NCBI RefSeq assembly: GCF_000015145.1
Contig: NC_008818.1
Location: 30,001-62,000 of the forward strand
Direction: 5' to 3'
DNA: 32,000 bases
Source: Hyperthermus butylicus DSM 5456
Lineage (GTDB): Archaea > Thermoproteota > Thermoprotei_A > Sulfolobales > Pyrodictiaceae
Part shown: positions 21,724-30,269 of the stretch, one piece after another
Layout: every line of letters starts with the position of its first letter
Numbering within the stretch: position 1 is the stretch's first letter
Made by a program: the position numbers and the translations under genes
The notes under the pieces: generated by a model
What the model was told of the DNA's origin: nothing
Database searches by the model: none
Seen by the model: only the letters and a program-made list of their open reading frames with translations

Positions 21724-23574
21724 GTGGGAAGGATAGGTGTGGCGAGGTTTCCCTATGCTAAGCCGCGGAGGGGCCAGCTCGAAGCTGCTAGGGCTATAGT
21801 CTCTACCGTGCGTGAGGGTGGCGTCTTCGTACTCAGTGCGCCTACAGGCTTTGGCAAGACGTCAACCATCATATATGGATTGCTTGAGGCTGGTGTAGAG
21901 CGCATCCTCTACGTTGTAAGGACTAGGAATGAGATAGCCCCCGTGTTGAGGGAACTTCGGCGCTTCGGTGTTGAGCGGTACTCGTTCCTCTACAGTGCTA
22001 GGCGCATGTGCCCACTCCTTGCAGGAGAGCAGCTAGCAACCGAGGACTTCTGGGAGACATGCAGGCTCCTAAGGCTGCGAGGCGAGTGTATGTACCATGA
22101 GAATCTTGTCGAGGTTAGTGAGGAGACCGTAGAAGCAATAGTAACCAGCATAGGCGAGAGCAAGCCGTCAGAAGTTGTAGCAGCTCTAAGGAACGCCGGG
22201 CTATGCCCCTTCTTCTCGCTCCGCCTAGCTTCAACCCGTGCAGCGATAACGGTTGCTACTTACCCTTACCTCTTCCGCGAAGACATATTCACAAGCGTCT
22301 TCGAGCCACTAACCTATGGCGACTTCGTCGTAGTCGTTGACGAGGCCCACTCACTGCTCACTATACAGTCCATGCTAGAGGCAAGGCTCACGCTTGAAAC
22401 ACTTCGGGCGGCACTGGACGAGATAGAGGAGTACGGCCTGCCAGGAGAGCTGACAGTAGCGCTCAAAAAGCTCCTCGACATGCTGTCGTCTAGTACAGCT
22501 CCGAGAATGGCTATGAAGAGGCTTGAGAAGAACAAGATCAGAGACATACTTGCAGAGCCAGACCTATGGCTCGATGCGGCGCAGGAGGTAAGAGCTGCAA
22601 AGCTACGTGAACGCCTCGAGCAAGGTGCTCCAGTTAAGCTCAGTGTAGCGCTAACAAGGGTAGCCAACTTCGCAGCCATGGTGTTCCGAGAGGATACAGG
22701 GGTCTACCTCCGCAAGGAGAATGGTCGCCGTGTCCTCATAGCGCTACCGGTGGAGCCGTGTAGCGTTACCGAGAAACCACTAAACGAGGCCAAGGCCGTA
22801 ATCCTCTCTAGCGGTACAATGCCCGCGTCAAGTATCCTCCGCGACGTACTCTGCATAAGGAAGCCAATGAAGGTTTACGAGGTGGAGCTGCTGCACGGCC
22901 ATATATTCCCACCGGAGAACATCTATACAGTGTTAGCGCTTGAGATAACCTCGCGCTACACGAGTAGGAGTAGAGAGATGTATGCGCGCTACGCCGAGTA
23001 CATAGCAGAAACATTTAGAGCGGTTAGGAACGCAGTGCTCATAGTATATCCAAGTTATGAGTTTATGGAGGCCATACTCTCACACCTCAAGCATCTGTTG
23101 AGCGGGGAGCCAATGGTCGTAGAGGGACGCGACACAAGTATAGAGCAGGTAGAAGAGTATGTACGGAGACACGGCCACGTAGCAATACATGCGGTAGCTG
23201 GTGGAAAGCTAACAGAGGGCATAGAGATCGTCGAGAACGGCGAGAGCTTAATCAAAACAGTATTTGTTGCAGGTGTGCCCTACCCTCAGCCGGATGACTA
23301 TGTAGCAGATCAATATGAAGTACTGGCAAAACGCATGGGCACGACTGAGGCCAAGACGTTTCTCTACGACTACACAGCGGCAGTAAAAACAAGACAAGCA
23401 GTAGGGAGGGTGCGTCGCAGCGAGAAGGACCGTGCGCTCATAATCCTCGGTGATGTGAGATTTGCGAGAAGAAGGCTGAGAGAATACCTACGACTACGAA
23501 TAGACGCGTATGCAGCCACGCTAGAGGACTACGTGGCGCGTGTACGGGCTGCAGCAGAAAAACTCAAGGTTTAA
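21724..23574 (+). CDS. XPD/Rad3 (DinG-family) SF2 DNA helicase with a 4-Cys Fe-S domain
   Basis: Walker A SAPTGFGKT; DEAH box VVVDEAHSL; motif VI QAVGRVRRS. Four Cys lie between motifs I and II (RRMCPLL, ETCRLLRLRGEC, GLCPFF). GTG start at 21724 is the only in-frame start after the stop at 21694. Confidence 0.85.
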   Translation: MGRIGVARFPYAKPRRGQLEAARAIVSTVREGGVFVLSAPTGFGKTSTIIYGLLEAGVERILYVVRTRNEIAPVLRELRRFGVERYSFLYSARRMCPLLAGEQLATEDFWETCRLLRLRGECMYHENLVEVSEETVEAIVTSIGESKPSEVVAALRNAGLCPFFSLRLASTRAAITVATYPYLFREDIFTSVFEPLTYGDFVVVVDEAHSLLTIQSMLEARLTLETLRAALDEIEEYGLPGELTVALKKLLDMLSSSTAPRMAMKRLEKNKIRDILAEPDLWLDAAQEVRAAKLRERLEQGAPVKLSVALTRVANFAAMVFREDTGVYLRKENGRRVLIALPVEPCSVTEKPLNEAKAVILSSGTMPASSILRDVLCIRKPMKVYEVELLHGHIFPPENIYTVLALEITSRYTSRSREMYARYAEYIAETFRAVRNAVLIVYPSYEFMEAILSHLKHLLSGEPMVVEGRDTSIEQVEEYVRRHGHVAIHAVAGGKLTEGIEIVENGESLIKTVFVAGVPYPQPDDYVADQYEVLAKRMGTTEAKTFLYDYTAAVKTRQAVGRVRRSEKDRALIILGDVRFARRRLREYLRLRIDAYAATLEDYVARVRAAAEKLKV

Positions 23575-23596
23575 AGGGAGACGGCAGCACAATTCA

Positions 23597-23687
23597 CGCC
23601 TGGAACCCCGGTCCCCTGCGAGCACAAGGCCCCGAGTCCCGGGGAACAGATGAGCAGGGGGCGGGTCACTCCCGGCCGCATCCCCTA
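23597..23687. other. GC-rich, probably structured element (candidate ncRNA or UTR structure) bracketed by 8-nt direct repeats
   Basis: About 71% G+C by my count (64 of 90 nt, 23598-23687). Contains the local hairpin CCCCG-agtcc-CGGGG (23630-23644) and the helix GGGGA (23641-45) / TCCCC (23681-85). CACAATTC occurs at 23588-23595 and 23689-23696. Strand and class are unresolved. Confidence 0.3.
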
Positions 23688-23738
23688 ACACAATTCGTCT
23701 TTCAAACCCTCTGGGTGGAGTTCAGAGGTGACACTGTA

Positions 23739-23909
23739 ATGGTGGTTGAGGGTCTTGATGCGGTATTGAGGGAGACTCTCCAGAAGCTGTCTGAGGAGTA
23801 TGAGAGTAGGGTTAGAGAGCTAGAGGAGCAAGCTACAAGGATAATTATGGCGAGGAGAGAGGAGCTGACGAGGCTGAGAAGTGAGATCGAAAGGGTTTTC
23901 CGTGGCTAG
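23739..23909 (+). CDS. Small coiled-coil hypothetical protein (56 aa)
   Basis: The ATG at 23739 has GGTGA 7 nt upstream. The sequence is a single charged helix (LRETLQKLSEEYESRVRELEEQATRII...). The 3' end overlaps the convergent ABC ATPase gene by 4 nt. It could be spurious. Confidence 0.35.
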   Translation: MVVEGLDAVLRETLQKLSEEYESRVRELEEQATRIIMARREELTRLRSEIERVFRG

Positions 23910-25009
23910 GTTTGCTCGGCTATGGTCTTCACTATCTCCTCCTCCACTGGGAACGCATGTACGTTCTTTAGCGGCACGTAGATCTCGGCCTTGCTGCCAA
24001 GCTTTGGTAGCTCCTCCTCACCCGGCAGGTTGAACATAACCTCATAGCTCGAATCCTCTATTACCAGTCTAACCTCGTTAAATAAGCCTAGGTACATTGA
24101 CACGGTTACCTTGCCGGAGATGATGGTGTAGTTTTCGGGGTTCTCGGGTTTTCGAGTGCGTGCACCATCAGCTTTAATCACTATAGCTGCTTCATCACCT
24201 TTTCCTAGGCCATGGTTTACGGCTTTGAATAGGCTCCTGCCAACAGCTACTATAGCGTAGTCAGACTCTATATCGACAACCTTACCTATGACCAGTGATG
24301 TTCTGCCGAGGAACATTGCTGTGAAGAGTGTCTTGGGGTTGGTGTAGAGTTCCTCGGGTGTGCCAACCTGCTCTACCATACCCTCCCTCATAACAGCCAT
24401 GCGGTCTGCTAGTGCCATAGCTTCCTCCTGGTCGTGGGTGACATAGACCATTGTTATGTCTAGCTGGCGCTGAAGCTTCTTTAGCTCGCCACGGAGGCGG
24501 AGACGGAGCTTAGCATCAAGATTGCTTAGCGGCTCGTCGAGTAGGAGGACACGGGGCTGAACCACTAGAGCCCTAGCTAGGGCTACGCGCTGCTGCTGTC
24601 CTCCACTAAGCTGTCCAGGAAACCTGTTCTCAAGCCCTTGCAGACCCAGGAGATCTAGCACCCACTTGACGCGCCTATCTATCTCGCTCTTTGGTAGCTT
24701 TCTCAGCTTAAGTCCAAATGCTATGTTCTCATAGACGGTCATGTGTGGCCACAAGGCCCAGTTCTGGAAGACCATTACAGTGCCACGCTTGTCCGGGGGC
24801 TTCTCTGTGACATCCTCTCCGTCTATGTAGACCTTGCCGCTGTCGGGAACCTCGAAGCCAGCAATAACCCTTAGGAGCGTGGTCTTGCCGCAGCCGCTGG
24901 GGCCTAGTATAGCGAATAGTTCGCCCCTCTTAATGGTCAGGGAGACCCCCCTAAGGGCTACCGTCTTGCCGAAGCGTTTCACTACGTCACGAACCTCTAT
25001 GTAGCCCAA
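23906..25009 (-). CDS. ABC transporter ATP-binding protein (PotA/FbpC/MalK-like, with a C-terminal regulatory beta domain)
   Basis: Walker A GPSGCGKTT, signature LSGGQQQRVALARAL, Walker B LLLDEPLSNLD, H-loop VTHDQ. TTG start. Confidence 0.9.
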   Translation of the reverse strand: MGYIEVRDVVKRFGKTVALRGVSLTIKRGELFAILGPSGCGKTTLLRVIAGFEVPDSGKVYIDGEDVTEKPPDKRGTVMVFQNWALWPHMTVYENIAFGLKLRKLPKSEIDRRVKWVLDLLGLQGLENRFPGQLSGGQQQRVALARALVVQPRVLLLDEPLSNLDAKLRLRLRGELKKLQRQLDITMVYVTHDQEEAMALADRMAVMREGMVEQVGTPEELYTNPKTLFTAMFLGRTSLVIGKVVDIESDYAIVAVGRSLFKAVNHGLGKGDEAAIVIKADGARTRKPENPENYTIISGKVTVSMYLGLFNEVRLVIEDSSYEVMFNLPGEEELPKLGSKAEIYVPLKNVHAFPVEEEIVKTIAEQT

Positions 25010-25073
25010 TACCAGCTACCCCGGGCTACACTGCTCTGCAGCACTGAGGGCTAAATCCTTCCACAGCCGGTCC

Positions 25074-26969
25074 TCAGACGCTGACAAGAGCTTGACCCCT
25101 CCTCGTAAGCCTTGAGGCAACCGTTATCACTACAGCCTCAAGAGTCATTAGTATTGCTGCAAGTGCTGCCGCCTTGGCGTGTGGCTGTGTGCCGCCCTCA
25201 ACTATTGTTGCCTCGGTGAGCAGCTGTAGTATTGCAAAGGTTATTGGGCCAGTGTGGTTAGCTGATATGAGGCTCCCCTTGAGAGCGCCAAGGGTGATAC
25301 TAACGCTAACCTCGCTAAGGACATGGATGGCGCTGAGTAGTAGGCCTGCTAGCAGCCCACGCCAGACCAGCGGTATAACTATGCGCTGCAATACCCTAGC
25401 CCTCCTGGCGCCGAGGCTACGAGCAGCCTCCTCGAGCTCCTCCGGGGTCTGTATGATAGACGTAAAGACAGCCCTTACTGTAAACGGAATCTTTCTCACA
25501 ACGTATGCTAGCACGAGTACGTTGGCTGTATAGATGGCTGGGTCGAGGAGGGTGCCACGGAAGTATGTTATGAAGAACACGTAGTAGCTAAATGCGACGA
25601 CGAGGCCAGGCACGGCTAGGGGCAGCGAGGACAGTATGTCTAGCAGCCCTGCACCTGGGAGCCTAGCTCTGGCGGCTGCGTAGCCAATCATAAAGCCTAG
25701 AATGGCAATGAATACTATTGCTTGGGATAGGTATACCACGCTATTCTCGATGCTTCTAACGATGCCAGCTACACGGCCAAGCACCTCAAAGTTCACGAAA
25801 AGCCTATCTGGTGGCAGCAGCTCTGGTGTTGGGCCGATCCAACGTTTACTAAACGCTAATAGTGCGACGCCAATCTGGGGTGAAGCCGCGAGCAATATTA
25901 CCGGGAGCACTACAAGATAGGCGAATATGAGCCCCTTACGGCCTAGTGGTAGGCCGTGGAAGGGGCGTGGCGCACCTCGGGCTAGCCTTGCGTAGTATCT
26001 AAGGCTCAAATAACGCCTAACGAAAACCAGTGGTATGGCAGCGAGGATTAGCATTAGGAGGCTTAGCGCTGCAATGGTTACTCGCAAGGCTTCACTTTGA
26101 ATGCCGCGGAAGTTATCGTATACCTGGAACGACATGAAGTATGGATAGTTAAAGATTATTGGTCCGCCTACATCCTCTATGCTGAGAATATACACGAGTG
26201 TTGAACCTGCAAGAATACCAGGCATAATTAGTGGTAAAATTATGCGGCGCAGAAGCCTGAACCCCCTGGCACCCAGGTTTATGGCCTGCTCGATAAGTGT
26301 GGCATCTACAGCTGCAAGGGCAGCCAATACATTGATGTAGACTATCGGGTAGAACATGAGTATCTGTGCTAGTGCGACACCCGCCTGTCCTGCAAAGGCT
26401 ATCGAAATCTTCTTACCGATAAGGGGCTCGGTAATCATGCTAGCTAGGTAGGAGAATGTATTGAGGTGAAGGCCAAGGCCGAAGTACAACTTAATAATGT
26501 AGGTGCTCACCAGGGGAGCTATGAGAAGTGGCATGTAAGCTATAATGGCGAATATACGACGGCCAGGGAACCGGTAAAGGCCCACAAGTAGTGCAACAGT
26601 CGTGCCTAGTGCTGCAGCGGCAAGTGTAACGATTACCGCGTTCACTATAGTGTTTCCTATAACGCCGAAGTTGAAGCCATTAACGGTTATTCGTATCGTA
26701 TCCGGGAGCACGCGTATCTCGATGAGCCTGCTAACGGATCTCCAGCTAAAATCAACGTAGAATTTATCGCTAAATAACGAGCCGAAGTCGGCCTTAGAAG
26801 ATTCTGCTATAACTACTAGTAGCGGTGCGATAAACGCGAAAAATATTGTTGCAAGGGGTATGTAGAGTAAAAGTATTATTTCGATATCGGTTTTGGCCCT
26901 GGGTATAGCCCTCTTGGCGGCTAATAACGCATTCCTCCCGATATCTATGAGCTTCTGCCTAGCCGCCAA
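25074..26969 (-). CDS. ABC transporter permease, fused two-domain type (FbpB/ThiP-like)
   Basis: 631 aa, highly hydrophobic, with two EAA-type loops (IEQAINLGARGFRLLRRIILP and EELEEAARSLGARRARVLQRIVIP). The TTG start overlaps the binding-protein gene by 11 nt. Confidence 0.85.
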   Translation of the reverse strand: MAARQKLIDIGRNALLAAKRAIPRAKTDIEIILLLYIPLATIFFAFIAPLLVVIAESSKADFGSLFSDKFYVDFSWRSVSRLIEIRVLPDTIRITVNGFNFGVIGNTIVNAVIVTLAAAALGTTVALLVGLYRFPGRRIFAIIAYMPLLIAPLVSTYIIKLYFGLGLHLNTFSYLASMITEPLIGKKISIAFAGQAGVALAQILMFYPIVYINVLAALAAVDATLIEQAINLGARGFRLLRRIILPLIMPGILAGSTLVYILSIEDVGGPIIFNYPYFMSFQVYDNFRGIQSEALRVTIAALSLLMLILAAIPLVFVRRYLSLRYYARLARGAPRPFHGLPLGRKGLIFAYLVVLPVILLAASPQIGVALLAFSKRWIGPTPELLPPDRLFVNFEVLGRVAGIVRSIENSVVYLSQAIVFIAILGFMIGYAAARARLPGAGLLDILSSLPLAVPGLVVAFSYYVFFITYFRGTLLDPAIYTANVLVLAYVVRKIPFTVRAVFTSIIQTPEELEEAARSLGARRARVLQRIVIPLVWRGLLAGLLLSAIHVLSEVSVSITLGALKGSLISANHTGPITFAILQLLTEATIVEGGTQPHAKAAALAAILMTLEAVVITVASRLTRRGQALVSV

Positions 26970-28512
26970 GGGCGTCTAGGACCTCCTCGTATTTCTGCCT
27001 AGCAGCTTCACGCCAAGCGCTCATGTACTTCTCGGTTACTGCTGGGTTTTGCTCCAATATTTTATTTACTCTCCTGGCATCCTCCAACGTAAACTTTACA
27101 ATCTCGCCGGTGAGCGGGTCCTTGTATTCAACTGTATCAGTTAGCTTCTGCTTAAGCGCTTCGAATGTAGCCTTGTCTATCTTCTTCTCGACATAGTATG
27201 CCTCTAGGAGCCTCTTCCATGCTTGCTGTAATGTTTGGTGTTCGTCTACTAGCGTTGCCTTGAAATACTGTCTCATAGCAGTCTCTATCTCCAATGCTAG
27301 CGTATCGTTGAATTGTATCACTTTAACTTGCATTGCGCGATAGTATGCATCACGTAGATCAGGCCTCTGTTGGCCCTCCGGGGTCTCAAAGACCTTGGGG
27401 TTTGCTGGTAGCCGGTTAATCTCGGGGCTTAGCCAAATCTTCTGACCCTCCGTTAGTACCCACGCTATGAAAGCCTCTGCAGCTTCTGGATGCTTCGTGG
27501 ATATCGTCACGGCTATTGGGTCGCCGTTAACTATCGTCTCACCTTCGGGCAGTATGTACTTACAAGCTGGATTTATTCTCTCGGCTGTGTAACCGTAGAA
27601 GTCTATAGTGATGCCTACCATTACTATGCCCGCTATAACGTCGTCGCGCACAAGGCCGCTACTCTGCTCTATGCGTGCATTTGCAGCCATGAGGGTTAGT
27701 ATGCGCCAGCCCTCATCCCAGCCGTACGTCTGAAGAATGATTTCATAGATCCTTGTATTACTGGTACTCTGCGTTGGATCGGCTATTGCTAGTGCCGGAG
27801 TATTGTACTGTACAAGTATGAGGCCGAGATCATCGCTTGCGAGGTCGCGCCAGGACTTGAGCTTTGATACATCATAGTCGAGCTGCTGGGCTACCTCTGT
27901 GTTAATGGTGAAGCCGAAGCTAGCTATTGCTGCTGCAACCCAATACACCTTGCCATCCTTCACCCTCTTGAGCGGCTGGCCAGCAAAGGTGTCAGGTACT
28001 TGACTCGCGGCCTCAAGCGCTATCTGTGTCTCGAGGGGCTTCAGCAGCCCTTTCTTGAATAGGAGATCGAAGAGCGTTGGGCCGCCGCCCCAGGCTACGT
28101 CTATGTTCTGCTTCTCGATGAAGGTTTGCCAGAGGCCAGGTGGTACAGCTATGAACGTTATATCCTTGACGCAATACCTCTTTGCGAGGTCCGACTCTAG
28201 GAATAGATCCCTAGCCTGCTCCTGGATATCGGCAGGATGCCTTGTAAGCACTGTTAGCTCAATCCACTCCTTACACTCAGTAGTTGGTTGTGTTGGCGTC
28301 TCCGGTGGTTGCTCTTGCGGCTGCTCCTCTGATGGCTGTGTTTCAGGCTGCTCTGCTGGCTGCTGGGGCTGCTCAGTGCTAGGTGTGGTGGGTGTTGTTG
28401 GCTGCTCGGGAGCTGCAGGTTTCTCCTTGCCTCCGGTGAGCAAGACTACCCCAGCTATTACAGCTATTGCAACTATAATACCTATAGCAAGTACTATGTT
28501 TCGGGACGCCAT
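26959..28512 (-). CDS. ABC transporter substrate-binding protein, membrane-anchored with a Pro/Glu/Gln/Thr-rich linker
   Basis: N-terminal TM helix (IVLAIGIIVAIAVIAGVVLL), a ~50-aa PEQT-rich linker, then a family-1-like (iron(III)/thiamine/polyamine type) solute-binding domain. First gene of the minus-strand operon. Confidence 0.8.
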   Translation of the reverse strand: MASRNIVLAIGIIVAIAVIAGVVLLTGGKEKPAAPEQPTTPTTPSTEQPQQPAEQPETQPSEEQPQEQPPETPTQPTTECKEWIELTVLTRHPADIQEQARDLFLESDLAKRYCVKDITFIAVPPGLWQTFIEKQNIDVAWGGGPTLFDLLFKKGLLKPLETQIALEAASQVPDTFAGQPLKRVKDGKVYWVAAAIASFGFTINTEVAQQLDYDVSKLKSWRDLASDDLGLILVQYNTPALAIADPTQSTSNTRIYEIILQTYGWDEGWRILTLMAANARIEQSSGLVRDDVIAGIVMVGITIDFYGYTAERINPACKYILPEGETIVNGDPIAVTISTKHPEAAEAFIAWVLTEGQKIWLSPEINRLPANPKVFETPEGQQRPDLRDAYYRAMQVKVIQFNDTLALEIETAMRQYFKATLVDEHQTLQQAWKRLLEAYYVEKKIDKATFEALKQKLTDTVEYKDPLTGEIVKFTLEDARRVNKILEQNPAVTEKYMSAWREAARQKYEEVLDALGG

Positions 28513-28720
28513 ACCCTCTTACCCGCGTAGAGCCGAATTGTACTGCATTGTGTAATAAAGTTTGCAATCCTGGGCCTATCGCGAGTGATTGAAAATTATT
28601 AATAGCGTTGTGTATAGTCAATTAACCATGTAGTTTTAAATATCTCATGGATATGTACTTATTTGCCCGGATAAGAGGGTGAGACACATCGCTCCCTCAC
28701 TAGGCTAGGGGTGAAAGACT

Positions 28721-30070
28721 ATGCAGCGCCTCCTCTATACCCTGGTTGTTGTATCTCTCATAGTAATCTCGGCGTATGCACCCCTAACAGCTACAGCTGC
28801 AAGGCTTGAGTTGCCAACGATACTGGTTGACCTGTCGCATGGCCAGAACAGCAACGGAGTATGTGCAATGATGTCGGCGGTGCCCGATGCCTACTGGGTT
28901 GTAGTACTGCCGAGCGAGGATGCCTTGTCGGCGTTTCCCGAGTCACATGCTAAGTGTATAATGCAGCATGCCTACAAAATAGTATTCGGTGACATTGCCA
29001 CTGCTCTATCGGACTCCGAGCTGTCAATAGACATGATAATTATAGGTCAGCCTATATACCCGCTAAGTGATGCCGAGAAGGAGGCCATAGCATCATGGCT
29101 TGGTAGCGCCACGGCTAAGGCGCTCTGGTGTGCCACTGATAGCGACTACCCGGCACAGGGTGGTGCCCAGGAGGCAGCTCAACACATATGTAACGATCTT
29201 CTCGACTACCTCGCCGAGTCGGGCTTTCCAGTAAAGCTTAGGAGCGACTATGTGAGTGTAGAAGACCCGTCATCCTGTGCTAAGAGGTCCTACCGTGTAA
29301 TAGCCTATGTGGAGCCGCCAGCGAGATATGATGCTGAGCTGCTAAAGTTTGGCGCAGAGAAGGTGCTAATGCATGGCCCCGGCGCGGTGGCGTGGGTCGA
29401 CGAGAATGGCGATTGGCATAAGGTGACGGACCCTAACACTCCAGAAAACATCATACCGATAATAGTGACAACGGAGGAAGCTACAATAGTAGAGCACCAA
29501 GCTAGCGGAGCCACCGAGATGGGCTACGCTCACATGGCTGGTGAGCGTGGCAAGTTTGTGCTAATGGCTGCTGAGATTCTAGAGACTGAGAATGGCAGAA
29601 AGGTAATCATAGTCAGTGGCGAGTCGCCATACTTTGGCTATCAGTCAATGCTAACCTTTGAGTATTACGGCTACCTCCTTGACGGTCCAAGGTTCTTCAG
29701 AAACCTAATACTATGGGCTACCGGCAACTACGCGGAGCTAAAGGCGTTCAAGGCACTAGAGGAAACAGTCAACAAGGCTGTCGAGGAGGTAGCAAAGACG
29801 GTTGAAACTGTAACCAGTCAAATAGACCAGCTAAAGAGCTATGTGGACAATGCTCTAGCAGTCCAGGACTCCAAGGTAAAGAGCCTAGAAAACGCTCTTA
29901 ACACCGTGAAGGCTGACGTGGACGGTGTTAAGAGCGACTTGGCATCGGTTAGGGATACCGCCTCCAGTGCCTCAAGCAAGGCCTCCAACGCCATGGTGCT
30001 CGGTGCAGGTGGCATAATCCTTGGCCTAATAGCCCTCATAGCTGCAGCGCTAGCGCTTAGGAAGAAGTAG
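28721..30070 (+). CDS. Cell-surface protein: signal peptide, DUF4350/GldG-like domain, coiled-coil stalk, C-terminal TM anchor
   Basis: Signal-like N-terminus (LLYTLVVVSLIVISAYAPLTATA). ILVDLSHGQN ... VIIVSGESPYFGYQSML...FFRNLILWATG resembles the DUF4350/GldG pattern. A ~90-aa heptad-like segment follows, then GAGGIILGLIALIAAALALRKK. GGGGTGA lies 8 nt upstream of the ATG. Confidence 0.7.
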   Translation: MQRLLYTLVVVSLIVISAYAPLTATAARLELPTILVDLSHGQNSNGVCAMMSAVPDAYWVVVLPSEDALSAFPESHAKCIMQHAYKIVFGDIATALSDSELSIDMIIIGQPIYPLSDAEKEAIASWLGSATAKALWCATDSDYPAQGGAQEAAQHICNDLLDYLAESGFPVKLRSDYVSVEDPSSCAKRSYRVIAYVEPPARYDAELLKFGAEKVLMHGPGAVAWVDENGDWHKVTDPNTPENIIPIIVTTEEATIVEHQASGATEMGYAHMAGERGKFVLMAAEILETENGRKVIIVSGESPYFGYQSMLTFEYYGYLLDGPRFFRNLILWATGNYAELKAFKALEETVNKAVEEVAKTVETVTSQIDQLKSYVDNALAVQDSKVKSLENALNTVKADVDGVKSDLASVRDTASSASSKASNAMVLGAGGIILGLIALIAAALALRKK

Positions 30071-30105
30071 GTGGTAGGCGAGAGAATCGTTTCACAAGCA
30101 TAGCT

Positions 30106-30137
30106 GTGCATCTGCCTAAGCACATCAACATTTTTCT
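30106..30137 (+). terminator. Hairpin plus oligo-T downstream of the surface-protein gene
   Basis: TGTGC-(10 nt)-GCACA (30106-30124) is followed by TTTTTCTT (30131-30138). Confidence 0.4.
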
Positions 30138-30269
30138 TCATGCCCCATCATGCATGCTGTGATGTCTAACTGTTAGGCTTTGGAACATTGTATTTCCTTT
30201 AGAGTTAATTTGTGCTCAAAGAATTTAGGGTAGAGTAGCCGTTCCTCCCCCTTCTTGGAGGGGGGGTAC

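Noticed and set aside
23641-23692. H/ACA guide RNA interpretation of the GC-rich element (lower stem GGGGA/TCCCC followed by ..ACA at 23688-92)
   Set aside because: The upper stem is irregular, no K-turn or K-loop (GA-AG) is evident in the apical region, and the pocket geometry is poor. I kept it only as an unclassified structured element.
28055-28555. 166-aa plus-strand ORF with a striking Cys/Gly/Ser/Val-rich repeat (VGCVGVSGGCSCGCSSDGCVSGCSAGCWGCS...)
   Set aside because: It is the exact antisense of the Pro/Glu/Gln/Thr-rich linker and N-terminus of the substrate-binding protein gene. The low-complexity repeat mirrors that linker, and the ORF has no promoter or SD of its own.
28549-28660. 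AT-rich divergent intergenic region considered as a replication origin
   Set aside because: There are no repeated ORB/mini-ORB-like elements and no adjacent orc1/cdc6 gene. Several TATA-like boxes serving the divergent ABC operon and the surface-protein gene explain the AT-richness.
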